From positions 1-64,000 of IMG/VR virus record IMGVR_UViG_3300042298_003235: a stretch of 64,000 nt of DNA; one strand, 5' to 3'. Position 1 is the stretch's first letter; every line of letters starts with the position of its first letter. The position numbers and the translations under genes are program-made. Under the pieces are notes generated by a model. It was given only the letters and a program-made list of their open reading frames with translations. It searched no databases and was not told the origin of the DNA. This document shows, one piece after another, positions 19,667 through 30,279 of the stretch. Origin of the DNA: a virus.

Positions 19667-21540
19667 ATGACCCAATTTAGACAGACCATACAAGACCTAA
19701 AGCCAAATACAAGGTACTTGGCAAAAGTTTTAGTAAACGATAAAAATATATCAACTATAATTGCTGAAAAAAGTTTTATATTTGAAACACCGGGAGATGA
19801 AACTATTCCTGGCACCCCAGATATAGCAAATTTCTTTTTGTACAGTAATTCAAAGTCTGTTATGTTCAAATTTGATGCGCCTACTGATAAAGACTTAGTT
19901 GGATACGATTATCAAGTATATTCAACCAACAGTCTTACCACGTTACTGCAAGAGCGGATCTAGCTATACCAGCGTATTCACTGTAGTTTTAGCAGGTGTT
20001 ACAGTTGCGTTAAATGCTGTCACACCCCCGATCTATTATGGCAGAGTAAGATCTTTCGACAACTCTGGCAACAGGGGCCCTTGGACTTCGCTAATTGGTT
20101 CAGTTGCAACACTAATTGACTCTGCAGAAATAACAGAGCTAACCGCCACAAAGATAAAAGCAGGAACTATAACGTCATCCATCATTGCTTTAGATGGAGT
20201 TAACTCAATAATAAAATCATCAGGTTATGTAGCTGGGGCTAATGGTTCTGGTTGGGCAATTAAAGGTGACGGAAATGCAGAGTTTAGTGCAGCATCAATA
20301 AGAGGAGAAATTAATGCAAAATCCGTAACTACAACTGGTTTAACTATATCTTCAGATGGTACAGTAGCAACTACATCAGGAAAGTTTGGGGTGACTGCTG
20401 GCGGAGTGCTATCTGCCACAGGAGCAACTATTAGTGGAGCGATAACTGCAACGTCTGGATCTTTTACTGGAGCAGTTACTGCAACATCTGGAACATTTAC
20501 CGGAACAATAAACGCATCTGGCGGAACAATGACCGGGTATTTAAGAGCTGGAGATGTTTACATTGGCAAAAACGTCAACGACGCTGCGGATCATAATGGT
20601 CTAGGGATAGATGGAACATGGAACAACGCATGGGTAAGAAGAGAAGCCAATGATACGGCTTATTTTAGGGCAGGTTCAGATTCTAGGTACATACAGGTGG
20701 ACACAGGTGGTTCGTCTGGTATTTATTTTCCTTATTTTAGCGTAGATAATGACGGGAACATGACCGCCCTAACAGCCAATATCACTGGAACCGTTAATAC
20801 AGGAAACCTAACAGCCACTGGTGGAACTATTGGTGGCTGGATTATTGATGGTGGCGGGATTAGAACATCAGGGACATATTATGGCAACGTACCTTATGAC
20901 CCAATAGCTATGTTATTATCTAATGGTGCATTTGTAGTCTACCAATGGGATGCTAGTCAACCAGGGTCTTTTGTCGTTGACCCAGATAATGGCGTTTTAG
21001 TAAATGCCATAAGCATGAGAAGCAGGGCTACAGGCGGGTCAAAAACCCATTGGTACCCATACCTAGATAACAACAAGGCTCTTCGGAGTTTCAGATTATA
21101 GATGGACAGAAGTTTGGTCGATTGATGGTTCAATAAATACTTCAGACAGAAGAACAAAAACAGCAATAGAAGATATACATATTGGGTTAGATTTCATTAA
21201 TGACTTACGCCCAGTTTCTTACAGAAGAATAGCTTCTTACATGGAAGCAGTATTGGACGAAAACGGAGAAGAAATAAGAGATCCAATTACACATATACCA
21301 GAGGTAAGAATAGGTGCTCCAGGTAAAAGAAGGCACCTAGGTTTGATTGCTCAGGAAGTTAAAGAAGCAATAGATAAAAACAATATTGATCCAAAGGATT
21401 TTGGCCCATGGATATTAACAGATACGGAAAACCCAGACTCAGACCAAGCACTTAGGTATGAGGAATTTATATCTCCTATAATTAAAGCAATACAAGAATT
21501 ATCTGCAAAAGTTGCTACTTTAGAAGCTAAGATGATATAA
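19667..21540 (+). CDS. Tail fibre/spike-like protein (FN3-like N-terminus, C-terminal peptidase S74 chaperone), ~623 aa; needs two +1 events (CGGA 19955-19958 and 21084-21087)
   Basis: After the second shift it reads L-G-VSDYRWTEVW...INTSDRRTK...LRPVSY...GLIAQEV...LRYEEFISPIIKAIQEL (S74 signature). Confidence 0.8.
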
Positions 21541-21548
21541 TAAAATTC

Positions 21549-21734
21549 ATGGAAAATAATTTAGATGTAAATTTCATCATGCAAGCTTTCCAGGACAAGG
21601 TAAACGCCTTAGTTCTTGAAGGCATAATAAAGGATGCTACAATTAAACAGCTTACAGCTGAGATTAATTTAAACGCTCCTGCAAAAGAACCAGAAACAAT
21701 AAAAAACACAAAACAAAAGGATGACTTTCAATGA
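21549..21734 (+). CDS. Small coiled-coil protein
   Basis: 61 aa ORF. Confidence 0.6.
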   Translation: MENNLDVNFIMQAFQDKVNALVLEGIIKDATIKQLTAEINLNAPAKEPETIKNTKQKDDFQ

Positions 21735-21925
21735 GTGAAGATACCAATGTAGAAGTAGAAGATGTCCAGCAAGAGGCAACTGTAGTTATTAAGATTTCAC
21801 AGCAAAATCTTTCCTATAAGAGCGATTTTTCTGAAACTGAAACAATCTTTTGGCTTGAAGCAGTTAAGAGTCTTATTATTAAGAAATCTTTCGAAATGTC
21901 TGGATTGTCTGAAACAAGTAAGTAA
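21731..21925 (+). CDS. Small acidic protein
   Basis: ATGA overlap with the previous gene. Confidence 0.6.
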   Translation: MSEDTNVEVEDVQQEATVVIKISQQNLSYKSDFSETETIFWLEAVKSLIIKKSFEMSGLSETSK

Positions 21926-21982
21926 AATTAGTAATTTCAATTACTATTATAATTAAACCTAGTTTAAAGCAGGGTATATCCT

Positions 21983-23620
21983 ATGGCCGTTAGATCATAT
22001 CTGCCTTTTTTCTCTGACAATAGTGGCTCTTCAGTAGTTGAAAAAGCGTTAAAACCAGAAGAATTAAAAGGCTTAAGTAAGAGCATTAAGATAGCTGCGT
22101 TAGCTTTAGGCTTTCGAGGTTCTTCTTATTATTATGACACAAGAGCTGCTTTCGAGCCGTCTCCGTACGACTTTAATAGGATTACCCAAGCTTGTGACAC
22201 AGACGGCTATGCCCGTCAGGCTGTGTCTAAGCACCGTGAACTCTTTTGGAAAGAGGGCTGGGAAATCATTGGCGAGAACGAAGAGGCTGTTTCCTATCTT
22301 TATAGGAGAATAGACTTTTTTGAAATGACGATGAAAAGACCGTTTTCGGAATTTTTGATGGAACTGTCTGACCAGCTAATAAAGTATTCAAACGTTTTTA
22401 TTGTCAAAGCTAGGGCTGATTTAAGTTCTTACTTCCCTGATACTTTAACTCCAGTTAATGGTAGCGACCCAATTGCTGGGTTCTATCTGATACCTACTGA
22501 GCAAGTATACATTTTAAGAGACAAGCAGAACAGAGCTAAAGCCTACCAACAGGCAACTGACCCTTTAACATATTCGCCAAACGACAAAGACCCAGTATGG
22601 TCTGCCGAGCGCGTAATACACATGTACTTTGATAAAAAGCCAGGAAGAGCTTTTGGTACTCCAGCTTTGTCTACTGTCCTTGATGACATTATTGCATTAA
22701 GACAAATGGAAGAAGATATACAAAACTTAGTCCATAGAGAACTATTCCCACTTTACAAGTACACGATTGGTACAGCAGAGCAACCAGCAGAGCCAGAAGA
22801 AATAACAAAAGCTGCAGCTGAGATAGAAAACATAAGAGCTGAAGGTGGGCTAATATTGCCATTCAGACACGCTGTAGACGTCATTGGGGCTAACAACACT
22901 GCACTTGATGCATCACAGTACCTAAATCATTTCAAAGAAAGAGTTGCAGTAGGTCTAGGCGTTGCTCCTCACCATCTTGGTATGAGCATGAATGGTGGTA
23001 ACAGATCAGTTACCGAAAGACTAGACGCTGCTTTGTATGACAAGGTTAAGCAATTACAAAAGCAGTTCTCTGATCTAGTAAGACTGCATATATTTAACGA
23101 ACTTCTTTTTGAAGGTGGCTTTGATCCAATTGCAAACCCAATAGAAGATACTATATCAGATAGATGTTTCTTGCGATTTAAAGAGATAGATGTTGATACT
23201 CAGGTTAAGAAAGAAAACCATTTAATCCAGAAGTATGTTAATAATCTAATAACATTAGACGAAGCAAGATTAGTACTTGGCCTAAGCTCTGAGTTAGATG
23301 AACAACAATTATATATGGCTTTGCAGGCAAAAATGCAAATGGATATAGCAGCAAATGCAGCTGCAGTAGCTCCAACGCCAGCAGCAACTTCTACTAGCAA
23401 AACTGGAGACGGACAAACACCAGCACCTAAGGGTCAGGTAAATCTACCTTCTAAAACAAAAGATGCTGGGAATAAAGCTCGACCATCTAACCAGTTCGGA
23501 AGAAACAAATCTTCTAATATTAAAAGATCAGCTGATGATTTAAGTTGGCTTCCAGCAATTGAAAAGTTGCTCGATAACGACTATACTGTAGTCGAAGAAA
23601 ATAACCCGATTACACTATAG
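21983..23620 (+). CDS. Portal protein
   Basis: 545 aa; VIHMYF...GRAFGTP, ITLDEARLVLG; upstream of protease and capsid genes. Confidence 0.8.
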   Translation: MAVRSYLPFFSDNSGSSVVEKALKPEELKGLSKSIKIAALALGFRGSSYYYDTRAAFEPSPYDFNRITQACDTDGYARQAVSKHRELFWKEGWEIIGENEEAVSYLYRRIDFFEMTMKRPFSEFLMELSDQLIKYSNVFIVKARADLSSYFPDTLTPVNGSDPIAGFYLIPTEQVYILRDKQNRAKAYQQATDPLTYSPNDKDPVWSAERVIHMYFDKKPGRAFGTPALSTVLDDIIALRQMEEDIQNLVHRELFPLYKYTIGTAEQPAEPEEITKAAAEIENIRAEGGLILPFRHAVDVIGANNTALDASQYLNHFKERVAVGLGVAPHHLGMSMNGGNRSVTERLDAALYDKVKQLQKQFSDLVRLHIFNELLFEGGFDPIANPIEDTISDRCFLRFKEIDVDTQVKKENHLIQKYVNNLITLDEARLVLGLSSELDEQQLYMALQAKMQMDIAANAAAVAPTPAATSTSKTGDGQTPAPKGQVNLPSKTKDAGNKARPSNQFGRNKSSNIKRSADDLSWLPAIEKLLDNDYTVVEENNPITL

Positions 23621-23627
23621 GAGATAT

Positions 23628-23939
23628 ATGATAGTAGATGAAAATCTGTTAGAAGAATTAGAAAATTCTGTTTTAAATAGCCAGTACCGTTTGGCTAATG
23701 TCCATGTGTTAAGCATATTAGAGCAATTGATTCCAGTTATAGAAGAGCTAAAAGAAAAAATGGATATTATAGAAGATTTTCTTTCTTCAGACGAAGATGA
23801 AAAACAACCTACTGCAGTAGTAGAAGAAAAAAAAGTAACAGTAGAAGAAAAAATTGCAGAACCTAAGATCGACACTTTAGAAGTAAAAGAAGATGTTGAA
23901 TCAAAAGAAGTAAAGGCTAAAGCTAAAACTAAAGAATAA
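23628..23939 (+). CDS. Acidic hypothetical protein
   Basis: RBS AGGAGA. Confidence 0.65.
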   Translation: MIVDENLLEELENSVLNSQYRLANVHVLSILEQLIPVIEELKEKMDIIEDFLSSDEDEKQPTAVVEEKKVTVEEKIAEPKIDTLEVKEDVESKEVKAKAKTKE

Positions 23940-23966
23940 TGATTGCAGAAGTAAAGGAGTAAAGCA

Positions 23967-24092
23967 ATGGTTATGAAAAAGAAAATTTATATAGCTGGTC
24001 CTAGAATGGGGCAAAACAATTCTGCATACGGAATTGATGCAAAGCCAGCAAAATCTTCCAAGACTAAGAACAAAGCAAAGAAGAAAAAGTAA
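23967..24092 (+). CDS. Small Lys-rich protein (41 aa)
   Basis: Manual translation; RBS AAGGAG. Confidence 0.55.
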   Translation: MVMKKKIYIAGPRMGQNNSAYGIDAKPAKSSKTKNKAKKKK

Positions 24093-24394
24093 TGGCTAAA
24101 TCACCAGCATGGCAAACAAAAGCGGGTAAAAACCCTAAAGGTGGACTTAACGCAAAAGGGCGTGCTTCAGCAAAGAAGCAAGGCATGAACTTAAAGGCAC
24201 CAGTAAAATCAGGCGACAACCCAAGACGTGCCTCATTCCTTGCACGCATGGGCGGAATGCCTGGTCCAGAACGTAAACCAAACGGTGAACCAACAAGACT
24301 TTTATTGTCACTTAAGGCTTGGGGGGCTTCATCAAAAGCTGATGCTAAAAAGAAAGCTGCAGCTATTTCCAAAAGAAATAAAGGAAAGAAGTAA
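24092..24394 (+). CDS. Basic protein, DUF6321-like
   Basis: MAKSPAWQ...KNPKGGLNAKGRAS...RRASFLARM pattern, recalled from memory. Confidence 0.7.
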   Translation: MAKSPAWQTKAGKNPKGGLNAKGRASAKKQGMNLKAPVKSGDNPRRASFLARMGGMPGPERKPNGEPTRLLLSLKAWGASSKADAKKKAAAISKRNKGKK

Positions 24395-24397
24395 ATT

Positions 24398-24559
24398 ATG
24401 GCTAGTAAGAAAAAAGTTTGGGATAAACCAAGTCCAAAATCTAAACCTAAAAAACTAAGTACTAAAGCAAAAGCTTCAGCAAAAGCAATGGCAAAAGCTG
24501 CAGGACGACCATATCCAAATCTAATTGATAATATGAGAGCTGCAAGGAAAAAGAAGTAA
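24398..24559 (+). CDS. Small Lys-rich protein (53 aa)
   Basis: Manual translation MASKKKVWDKP...AGRPYPNLIDNMRAARKKK. Confidence 0.65.
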   Translation: MASKKKVWDKPSPKSKPKKLSTKAKASAKAMAKAAGRPYPNLIDNMRAARKKK

Positions 24560-24756
24560 TGGCAGCCAAAAAGAATTGGATAGCAGGGGCAATCAAAAGG
24601 CCTGGAGCTTTTACTAAGAAAGCAAAAAAGGCTGGTAAATCAGTTCCAGCTATGGCAGCAGCAGTCACAAAAAATCCAACGCGATATAGTAAGCTAACTG
24701 TAAAACAAGCAAATCTAGCAAAAACGCTAGGAAAAATCAACAAAAGAAAGAAGTAG
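24559..24756 (+). CDS. Small Lys-rich protein
   Basis: WIAGAIKRPGAF...ANLAKTL. Confidence 0.7.
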   Translation: MAAKKNWIAGAIKRPGAFTKKAKKAGKSVPAMAAAVTKNPTRYSKLTVKQANLAKTLGKINKRKK

Positions 24757-24764
24757 ACAAAAAT

Positions 24765-24923
24765 ATGGCAATGAAGAAAGTATCAAAGAAAATGGCAAAA
24801 AAAGCAGCACCAGCAGCTAAAAAAGCTGCAGCAAAAACGGACGGCATGACGCCAGCGCAGAAGAAGCTGCCACCATTTCTTCAAGCAGCAATTGCTAAAA
24901 AGAAGAAGAAGCCAAAGTACTAA
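24765..24923 (+). CDS. Small Lys/Ala-rich protein (52 aa)
   Basis: Manual translation MAMKKVSKKMAKKAAPAAKK... Confidence 0.6.
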   Translation: MAMKKVSKKMAKKAAPAAKKAAAKTDGMTPAQKKLPPFLQAAIAKKKKKPKY

Positions 24924-24980
24924 AAACAATTAATAAAAGTGTTTGGAATTAAAAAACTTTAAGATGAAAGATTGTGTTTG

Positions 24981-25751
24981 ATGATAATTATAGGATGCCC
25001 AATTTATAAACGAGATTGGATTTTGCCAGCTTGGTTGTACTTCATTGAAAACCAGTCTGTCAACTTATCTGATATTGGTTTTGTTTTTGAACTGGGAACT
25101 GATGATGATGAAACTATAGGAGTATTATCTGCTTGGAAGAAGCATCATCCGGAAGTAAAAATATTTGATTTAGAAGTAAGAGATGATTTAGCTCATTTCT
25201 CACACAAAGAAGGGACCCGTCAATGGTCTTATGCTAAATATACTAATATGGTTTCAATGCGTAATTCTATTTTAGAAAAAGTAAGAGACGCAAACGCCGA
25301 TGCATATTTTAGTCTTGACTCAGATGTTTTACTTACTAATCCAAACACAATAGAATTATTATTAAGTCATATTTCTATGGGCGCTGACGCAGTTAATACG
25401 TTGATGTTTATGACACCATTTGGAATTGACTTTCCTAGTGTGATGTCATGGGTTAATGGTACTAACTATGAAAAGGCTCATAGAAATATTTCTTATCCGT
25501 TAGGGTCTTACTTCCAATCAGATGTTATAATGGCAGCTAAGATGATGTCGAAGGATGTGTATAAAAATATAAACTATGAATTTCACGCACAAGGCGAAGA
25601 TCTAGGTTGGAGTAAAAACTGCGCAGAAAAAAATTATAACCTTTTTTCTGCGTCTTATATATATACTCCACACATTATGGGTCAAGGCCAAATGCAGGAA
25701 TTCTTAGAAAAGGGAGACAGTAGGCAGCAAGTAGCCTATCAATCAGTATAA
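24981..25751 (+). CDS. Glycosyltransferase (GT-A/GT2-like)
   Basis: IIGCPIYKR, SLDSD (DxD), GEDLGW. Confidence 0.75.
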   Translation: MIIIGCPIYKRDWILPAWLYFIENQSVNLSDIGFVFELGTDDDETIGVLSAWKKHHPEVKIFDLEVRDDLAHFSHKEGTRQWSYAKYTNMVSMRNSILEKVRDANADAYFSLDSDVLLTNPNTIELLLSHISMGADAVNTLMFMTPFGIDFPSVMSWVNGTNYEKAHRNISYPLGSYFQSDVIMAAKMMSKDVYKNINYEFHAQGEDLGWSKNCAEKNYNLFSASYIYTPHIMGQGQMQEFLEKGDSRQQVAYQSV

Positions 25752-25836
25752 ACAGTTGAATATATTTGCATAAATGTGTTTAATCATGTAAAATATATTA
25801 CTATAAGTTAAGATATTAAAATAAACGGAGATAACA

Positions 25837-27436
25837 ATGGCATTTGATTTTAAAGAAAGTTTCACTATAGAGCTTCCTGAAATGAAAAAGGAAGACTTTA
25901 ATTTTTCAGAATCAAATTCATTGACCCATGGTCTAATAATTGAAGTAGCCGCAATCCACGAACGGACTAACTGGTAATTACAATAATTACTCAGCAGAAG
26001 AATTAGACAAAGCTTTACAGTCATGGGTTGAACCATACCCTAAGCCTATTATTTTAAATCACGACCTTAACACTGAGCCTATCGGCAGAGTAATGGCTGC
26101 AAAGATGGACCAAGAAGCAGATGGCTCTAAGTTCGTACGTTTGCAAATAGCTATCACAGATCCAGTAGCTGCTCAGAAAGTCATGGACAAAAGGTATCTA
26201 ACTGGCTCAGTAGGCGGAAGAGCCGGAAAAGCTATTTGCAGCATTAGCGGTGAAGACCTTGCTAAAGAAGACGCAAGCGGAAGACCAAAGATGTCTAAGT
26301 ATAAAAGAGGTCAAGTCTATAAGGGTAAAGTTGCCTACATAGAAATGCAAGAGCTGTCGTTTAAAGAATACTCTTTTGTCAATCAGCCAGCAGACCAAAG
26401 ATCTAGCGTTAGAAGTAAGGCCCCATCTAGTGGTGATGTTAAAGTTAACGACTCAGACTGGGTAGCTAGAAGTTCTGCCTTTATCCTAAGTATGGATGAG
26501 GAAGAAGTGTATTCGGTCAGTGAAAGCAAGTCGCTTTTTACTGGCATGAAAAAGAAAGAATCGAGACCTGTGTACCTTCAGTTGAAGGGCGCTTTCTTGT
26601 CAGCTATGTCTGTTCAAGAGAGCGATAATTACATTATTAATGATAGTGCATTACTATCATCTAGGCAGGACTCAAAGAACAATGAGGAGAATTCTGAAAT
26701 GACCGTTCTTAAAGAAGAAGAAGACATCTTGGCCGTAGCTAATGAGCTCAGCGATGATTTGTCGTCGATAGCCGCTGACGCCTTAAACAAGGAAGAAGCT
26801 GCTGTTGAGCAAGAAGTAGTAGAAGCTGATTCAGAAGACACTGTTGCAACCCCAGAGGTTGTAGCTGATGCAGAAGAGTCTAAAGAGATTTCAGTTGAAG
26901 ACGCAGATAAGTCGGATGTGCAAGAAGAAGCTAAGTCCGAAAAAGCTGAAGAATCAACAGAAAATCCTGATGTAACTCAGGAAGAAGAAGTTCAACCAAT
27001 AGAAGATCAAGAGCTCAAAGACGAAACAACAGTCGATGCCGTTGAGCAAAATGATGATCTTTTAGCAAAGGTAGCTCTTCTTGAAGAAGAAAACAAAAAC
27101 CTTAAGTCGGCACTTCATAGGGTATTGTCGGAAAGAGTAGTCGATGCAAAGATTGCAGCCGGCGTTGAAGCAATTGAAAATAGAGATGAACTGATAAAAG
27201 ATCATTCACAAAGAACAGCAGCATCGCTCGCTGACTCTTTAAGAGATATTGCAAAAATGCCAGCTAAGAAAATTTCTAGCAATCAAGTACCAGAGATTAC
27301 AAGTGAAGCAGAAGGCTCGAAGGAAGAAGCTAATGTTCTCTCTCTTGAAAAAGAGACAGCAAAAGTAGAAATCCCAGAAGTCGATCTTGCAGAACAACTT
27401 TTCGTTGATGCCTTTATGGGCCGTCGTAAACTTTAA
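25837..27436 (+). CDS. Prohead protease-scaffold fusion (~532 aa), needing +1 at CGGA 25963-25966
   Basis: Promoter motif and RBS at the 25837 start; after the shift KPIILNHD...PIGRV, GSVGG, EYSFVNQPAD; acidic coiled-coil C-terminus. Confidence 0.8.
26699..27436 (+). CDS. Nested in-frame scaffolding protein (245 aa)
   Basis: Internal TTACTATC at 26651, RBS GAGGAG at 26684, in-frame ATG at 26699. Confidence 0.55.
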   Translation: MTVLKEEEDILAVANELSDDLSSIAADALNKEEAAVEQEVVEADSEDTVATPEVVADAEESKEISVEDADKSDVQEEAKSEKAEESTENPDVTQEEEVQPIEDQELKDETTVDAVEQNDDLLAKVALLEEENKNLKSALHRVLSERVVDAKIAAGVEAIENRDELIKDHSQRTAASLADSLRDIAKMPAKKISSNQVPEITSEAEGSKEEANVLSLEKETAKVEIPEVDLAEQLFVDAFMGRRKL

Positions 27437-27455
27437 TTAAACAAGGAGAATAAAA

Positions 27456-28217
27456 ATGTCATTAGCTAAATTTCGTAAAGTATATGCTAAAACCGGATCA
27501 GGAAGATTCGTAGTTTCTGAGGGTATTGCACCAGCAGCCTACATCCTTCCACACGTTGCTTTGCCAACGTGGTACCTTGACTCAGAAGATGATCGCTTTG
27601 AAATCGTAATTCCTAAGGGAACTATTCTTTCGGTTGTCGCTGATGCAAATGGTGATGCAAGATTCGTACCAGCTAACGGTAGTGCCGCTGACCAAACATG
27701 GGGCGATACCATTGCAAGCTGGGATCCAACAAACGCTGCAACGCCTGCATATAGCAGTGGTTCAGTAGATACAGCAGTCACTGTAGCGACACTGTCAACA
27801 CCAGTCGGTGTTGCTCAGTACGATCTCTACAGACCATTTGATAAGGGCACTTCACAGGGCGCAGGTTTCATTACCCACGGCTATGTAGAGTATCCAATTA
27901 TCGGTGGAATCAACTCAAATGTGGAAGTAGGTTCTTTGATTAGAGCTGACCACATGGGTCGCCCAGTAACGTTAACCACGGCACTGTGCGGTACAAATCC
28001 TTACCTCCAGGTGGGTAAGGTTATTGAAGTAGAAAAGTTTGCAACCAACTTTGATGATGGTCTGCTTTCCTACATGCAATTGCCATCGGATCCTGGTGCT
28101 CTTAAGACCGTATTTGAGGTCACTAAGGCAGGCACCTATCAGGGCAAACTGGGCATCCGCTCAAACCTGGATGTAACAAATGTACTTGGCGCATTCCGTG
28201 TCAATCTTACACTGTAA
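27456..28217 (+). CDS. Capsid decoration/minor head protein
   Basis: Between scaffold and major capsid genes; RBS AAGGAG. Confidence 0.65.
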   Translation: MSLAKFRKVYAKTGSGRFVVSEGIAPAAYILPHVALPTWYLDSEDDRFEIVIPKGTILSVVADANGDARFVPANGSAADQTWGDTIASWDPTNAATPAYSSGSVDTAVTVATLSTPVGVAQYDLYRPFDKGTSQGAGFITHGYVEYPIIGGINSNVEVGSLIRADHMGRPVTLTTALCGTNPYLQVGKVIEVEKFATNFDDGLLSYMQLPSDPGALKTVFEVTKAGTYQGKLGIRSNLDVTNVLGAFRVNLTL

Positions 28218-28259
28218 TAATAAACAAAAGAAAACACTAACAGGAGGAATAATCCTAAG

Positions 28260-29318
28260 ATGAGTAAATCAATCCAAGAGCTCCTCTCGGGTCTCCCAGC
28301 TTGGGAAACAGCATTAACTGAGGACGGTTATCTCGATAGAGATAATAGAGTAACTATTAGAGAAGCTTTTGCATCACCAGATGCAGCAGCCCTCTTTCCT
28401 AAGGTTATCTCACGTACATTGAAAGAAGCAGCAGAGCCACAATTGTTGGTAACGCCACTGCTTTCGACTGTACGCCTAGGTAAGGGACGCTCCTTGGAGT
28501 TCCCAGCAGTTAACGCAATCCAGGCAGCAGAGATCCCAGAAGGACAAGAATATCCAGAACAAGCTCTCGCTTTTGCGAAGCAAGTAGAAGGTAAAGTATC
28601 CAAGAAGGGTGTCAAGTTGGCTTTCACAGAGGAAGTCATCTCAGATTCACTTTGGGATATCGTTGGCCTGCATGTCCGTGCAGCTGGTCGCGCAATGGCT
28701 CGTTTGAAAGAGCAAATTGCGTTGAGCAGATTCAAGGATGCAGCAAGCATTGTTTTTGACAATGAGCATGCTTCATATGCCGATACAACCGGTCGTGGAA
28801 TTGATGGCGCAGCCAACAAGACCATTACATGGGATGATATTATCGACATGGCAGCTGTTCTTATGGCCGAAAATCATGTTCCAACAGACTTCATCTTGCA
28901 CCCACTTATGTGGTCAGTGTTCCTTAAGGACGCTATCTTCCACACCGGTGGTTCGGCAGCTGCAGTTAACACGAGTTGGGGATACCGTCCAGATTCAGCA
29001 GCAGGTGCTCTTAACAACACCGCTCCTATGGGTCTGAATGTTATCGTTTCTCCTTTCGTTAGCTTCACCGCAAAATCAGGTGGAACGCCAGCAATGTCTG
29101 ACCTCTTCTTGATCGACCGTAATGAAGTTGGAACACTTCTTGTAAAAGACGACATGAGCACCGATCAGTTCGATGATCCTTCACGCGACATCCGTCAAAT
29201 GAAGATGAAAGAGCGTTATGACATCGTAATGCTTGGTGACGGTGAGGGTATCACTGTTGCTAAGAACGTTAGACTTGCCCGTAACTACGAAGTACAAGTC
29301 ACAAACGAGATGGCATAA
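28260..29318 (+). CDS. Major capsid protein (HK97 fold)
   Basis: 352 aa; IPEGQEYP...KKGVKLAFTEEVISDS; strong RBS; followed by a terminator. Confidence 0.88.
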   Translation: MSKSIQELLSGLPAWETALTEDGYLDRDNRVTIREAFASPDAAALFPKVISRTLKEAAEPQLLVTPLLSTVRLGKGRSLEFPAVNAIQAAEIPEGQEYPEQALAFAKQVEGKVSKKGVKLAFTEEVISDSLWDIVGLHVRAAGRAMARLKEQIALSRFKDAASIVFDNEHASYADTTGRGIDGAANKTITWDDIIDMAAVLMAENHVPTDFILHPLMWSVFLKDAIFHTGGSAAAVNTSWGYRPDSAAGALNNTAPMGLNVIVSPFVSFTAKSGGTPAMSDLFLIDRNEVGTLLVKDDMSTDQFDDPSRDIRQMKMKERYDIVMLGDGEGITVAKNVRLARNYEVQVTNEMA

Positions 29319-29396
29319 TAAAAACCTTAGGATAGATATCGTTGTAGTTACGAAAAAACTATCCGTAATATACAGTGGCAACACTGTGGAAGAGTT

Positions 29397-29428
29397 GGGA
29401 GTGGCGTCAAGCCACTCCCTTCTTTTTT
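29397..29428 (+). terminator. Intrinsic terminator after the capsid gene
   Basis: GGGAGTGGC-GTCAA-GCCACTCCC followed by TTCTTTTTT. Confidence 0.85.
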
Positions 29429-29490
29429 GTACTACTTTTTTTATTATGATACTGTTACTATAAGAACATGCCTGAAGACGGGAGAATAAA

Positions 29491-30279
29491 GTGGCTTTAA
29501 ATTTGATACAAAACGCCGCTGTTGGTCTTGGTACTGTTTCTATTAAATTTGGAAGAACTATAAAGATATCTTCTATTAAAAAAGAAAATATTATTGTTCA
29601 AACAACTTCTGCAACACCAACTGTTTTAAATGCACCGTTTAAAACTATTGATACATTAGCAGATTTTAACTCAATTTCTAGAACATTAAAGCTTCTTTGG
29701 AATGTGCAATTAGAGCCTGGCACTGAATACAGTATCAGATTAATTAATTTCTTTGATGCAGCAAATGAACCAATAGCAGAAGAACAAATAGTGTTTACTA
29801 CACTTGTTGGTGGCGCTACTCCGAACTCGAATGGAACAAATACATTCAATAGCGTTAATGAACCAACGTTAGTAGAGACTTTAATTGAAGATAAATCAAT
29901 TAGAGTTGATGCATTTAGTTCATATCAGATAATAGCAAAGAATCCTAATTTTTATATAAAATCCACTGATCCAGTTAATGGAGATTTTTATTTAGATAAT
30001 GATTATTCTGATGGAAGAATAAAAATAGTTTTTAGCGAGAGACCAGCTTCAAACTTTCTAAACAATACTTATTTTAAGGTACAAAAGAAAAAAGTGCAAA
30101 GACAACCATCAAGGTGGGAGAATGTATCGACACAAGTACTTATGCATTCTTGGAAGCCTGAAGTATACTTAGACTTTCCATCTCAAGATGTTACGCCTTC
30201 TTTCTTTGTTTCTGGTAAAGAATACTTCGAAACTGGATATAAATATAGAATTATAATATCTAAAGAAATTGGCGTTTAA
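29491..30279 (+). CDS. Ig-like virion protein
   Basis: Beta-rich, two similar modules; GTG start after TTACTATA and RBS. Confidence 0.6.
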   Translation: MALNLIQNAAVGLGTVSIKFGRTIKISSIKKENIIVQTTSATPTVLNAPFKTIDTLADFNSISRTLKLLWNVQLEPGTEYSIRLINFFDAANEPIAEEQIVFTTLVGGATPNSNGTNTFNSVNEPTLVETLIEDKSIRVDAFSSYQIIAKNPNFYIKSTDPVNGDFYLDNDYSDGRIKIVFSERPASNFLNNTYFKVQKKKVQRQPSRWENVSTQVLMHSWKPEVYLDFPSQDVTPSFFVSGKEYFETGYKYRIIISKEIGV

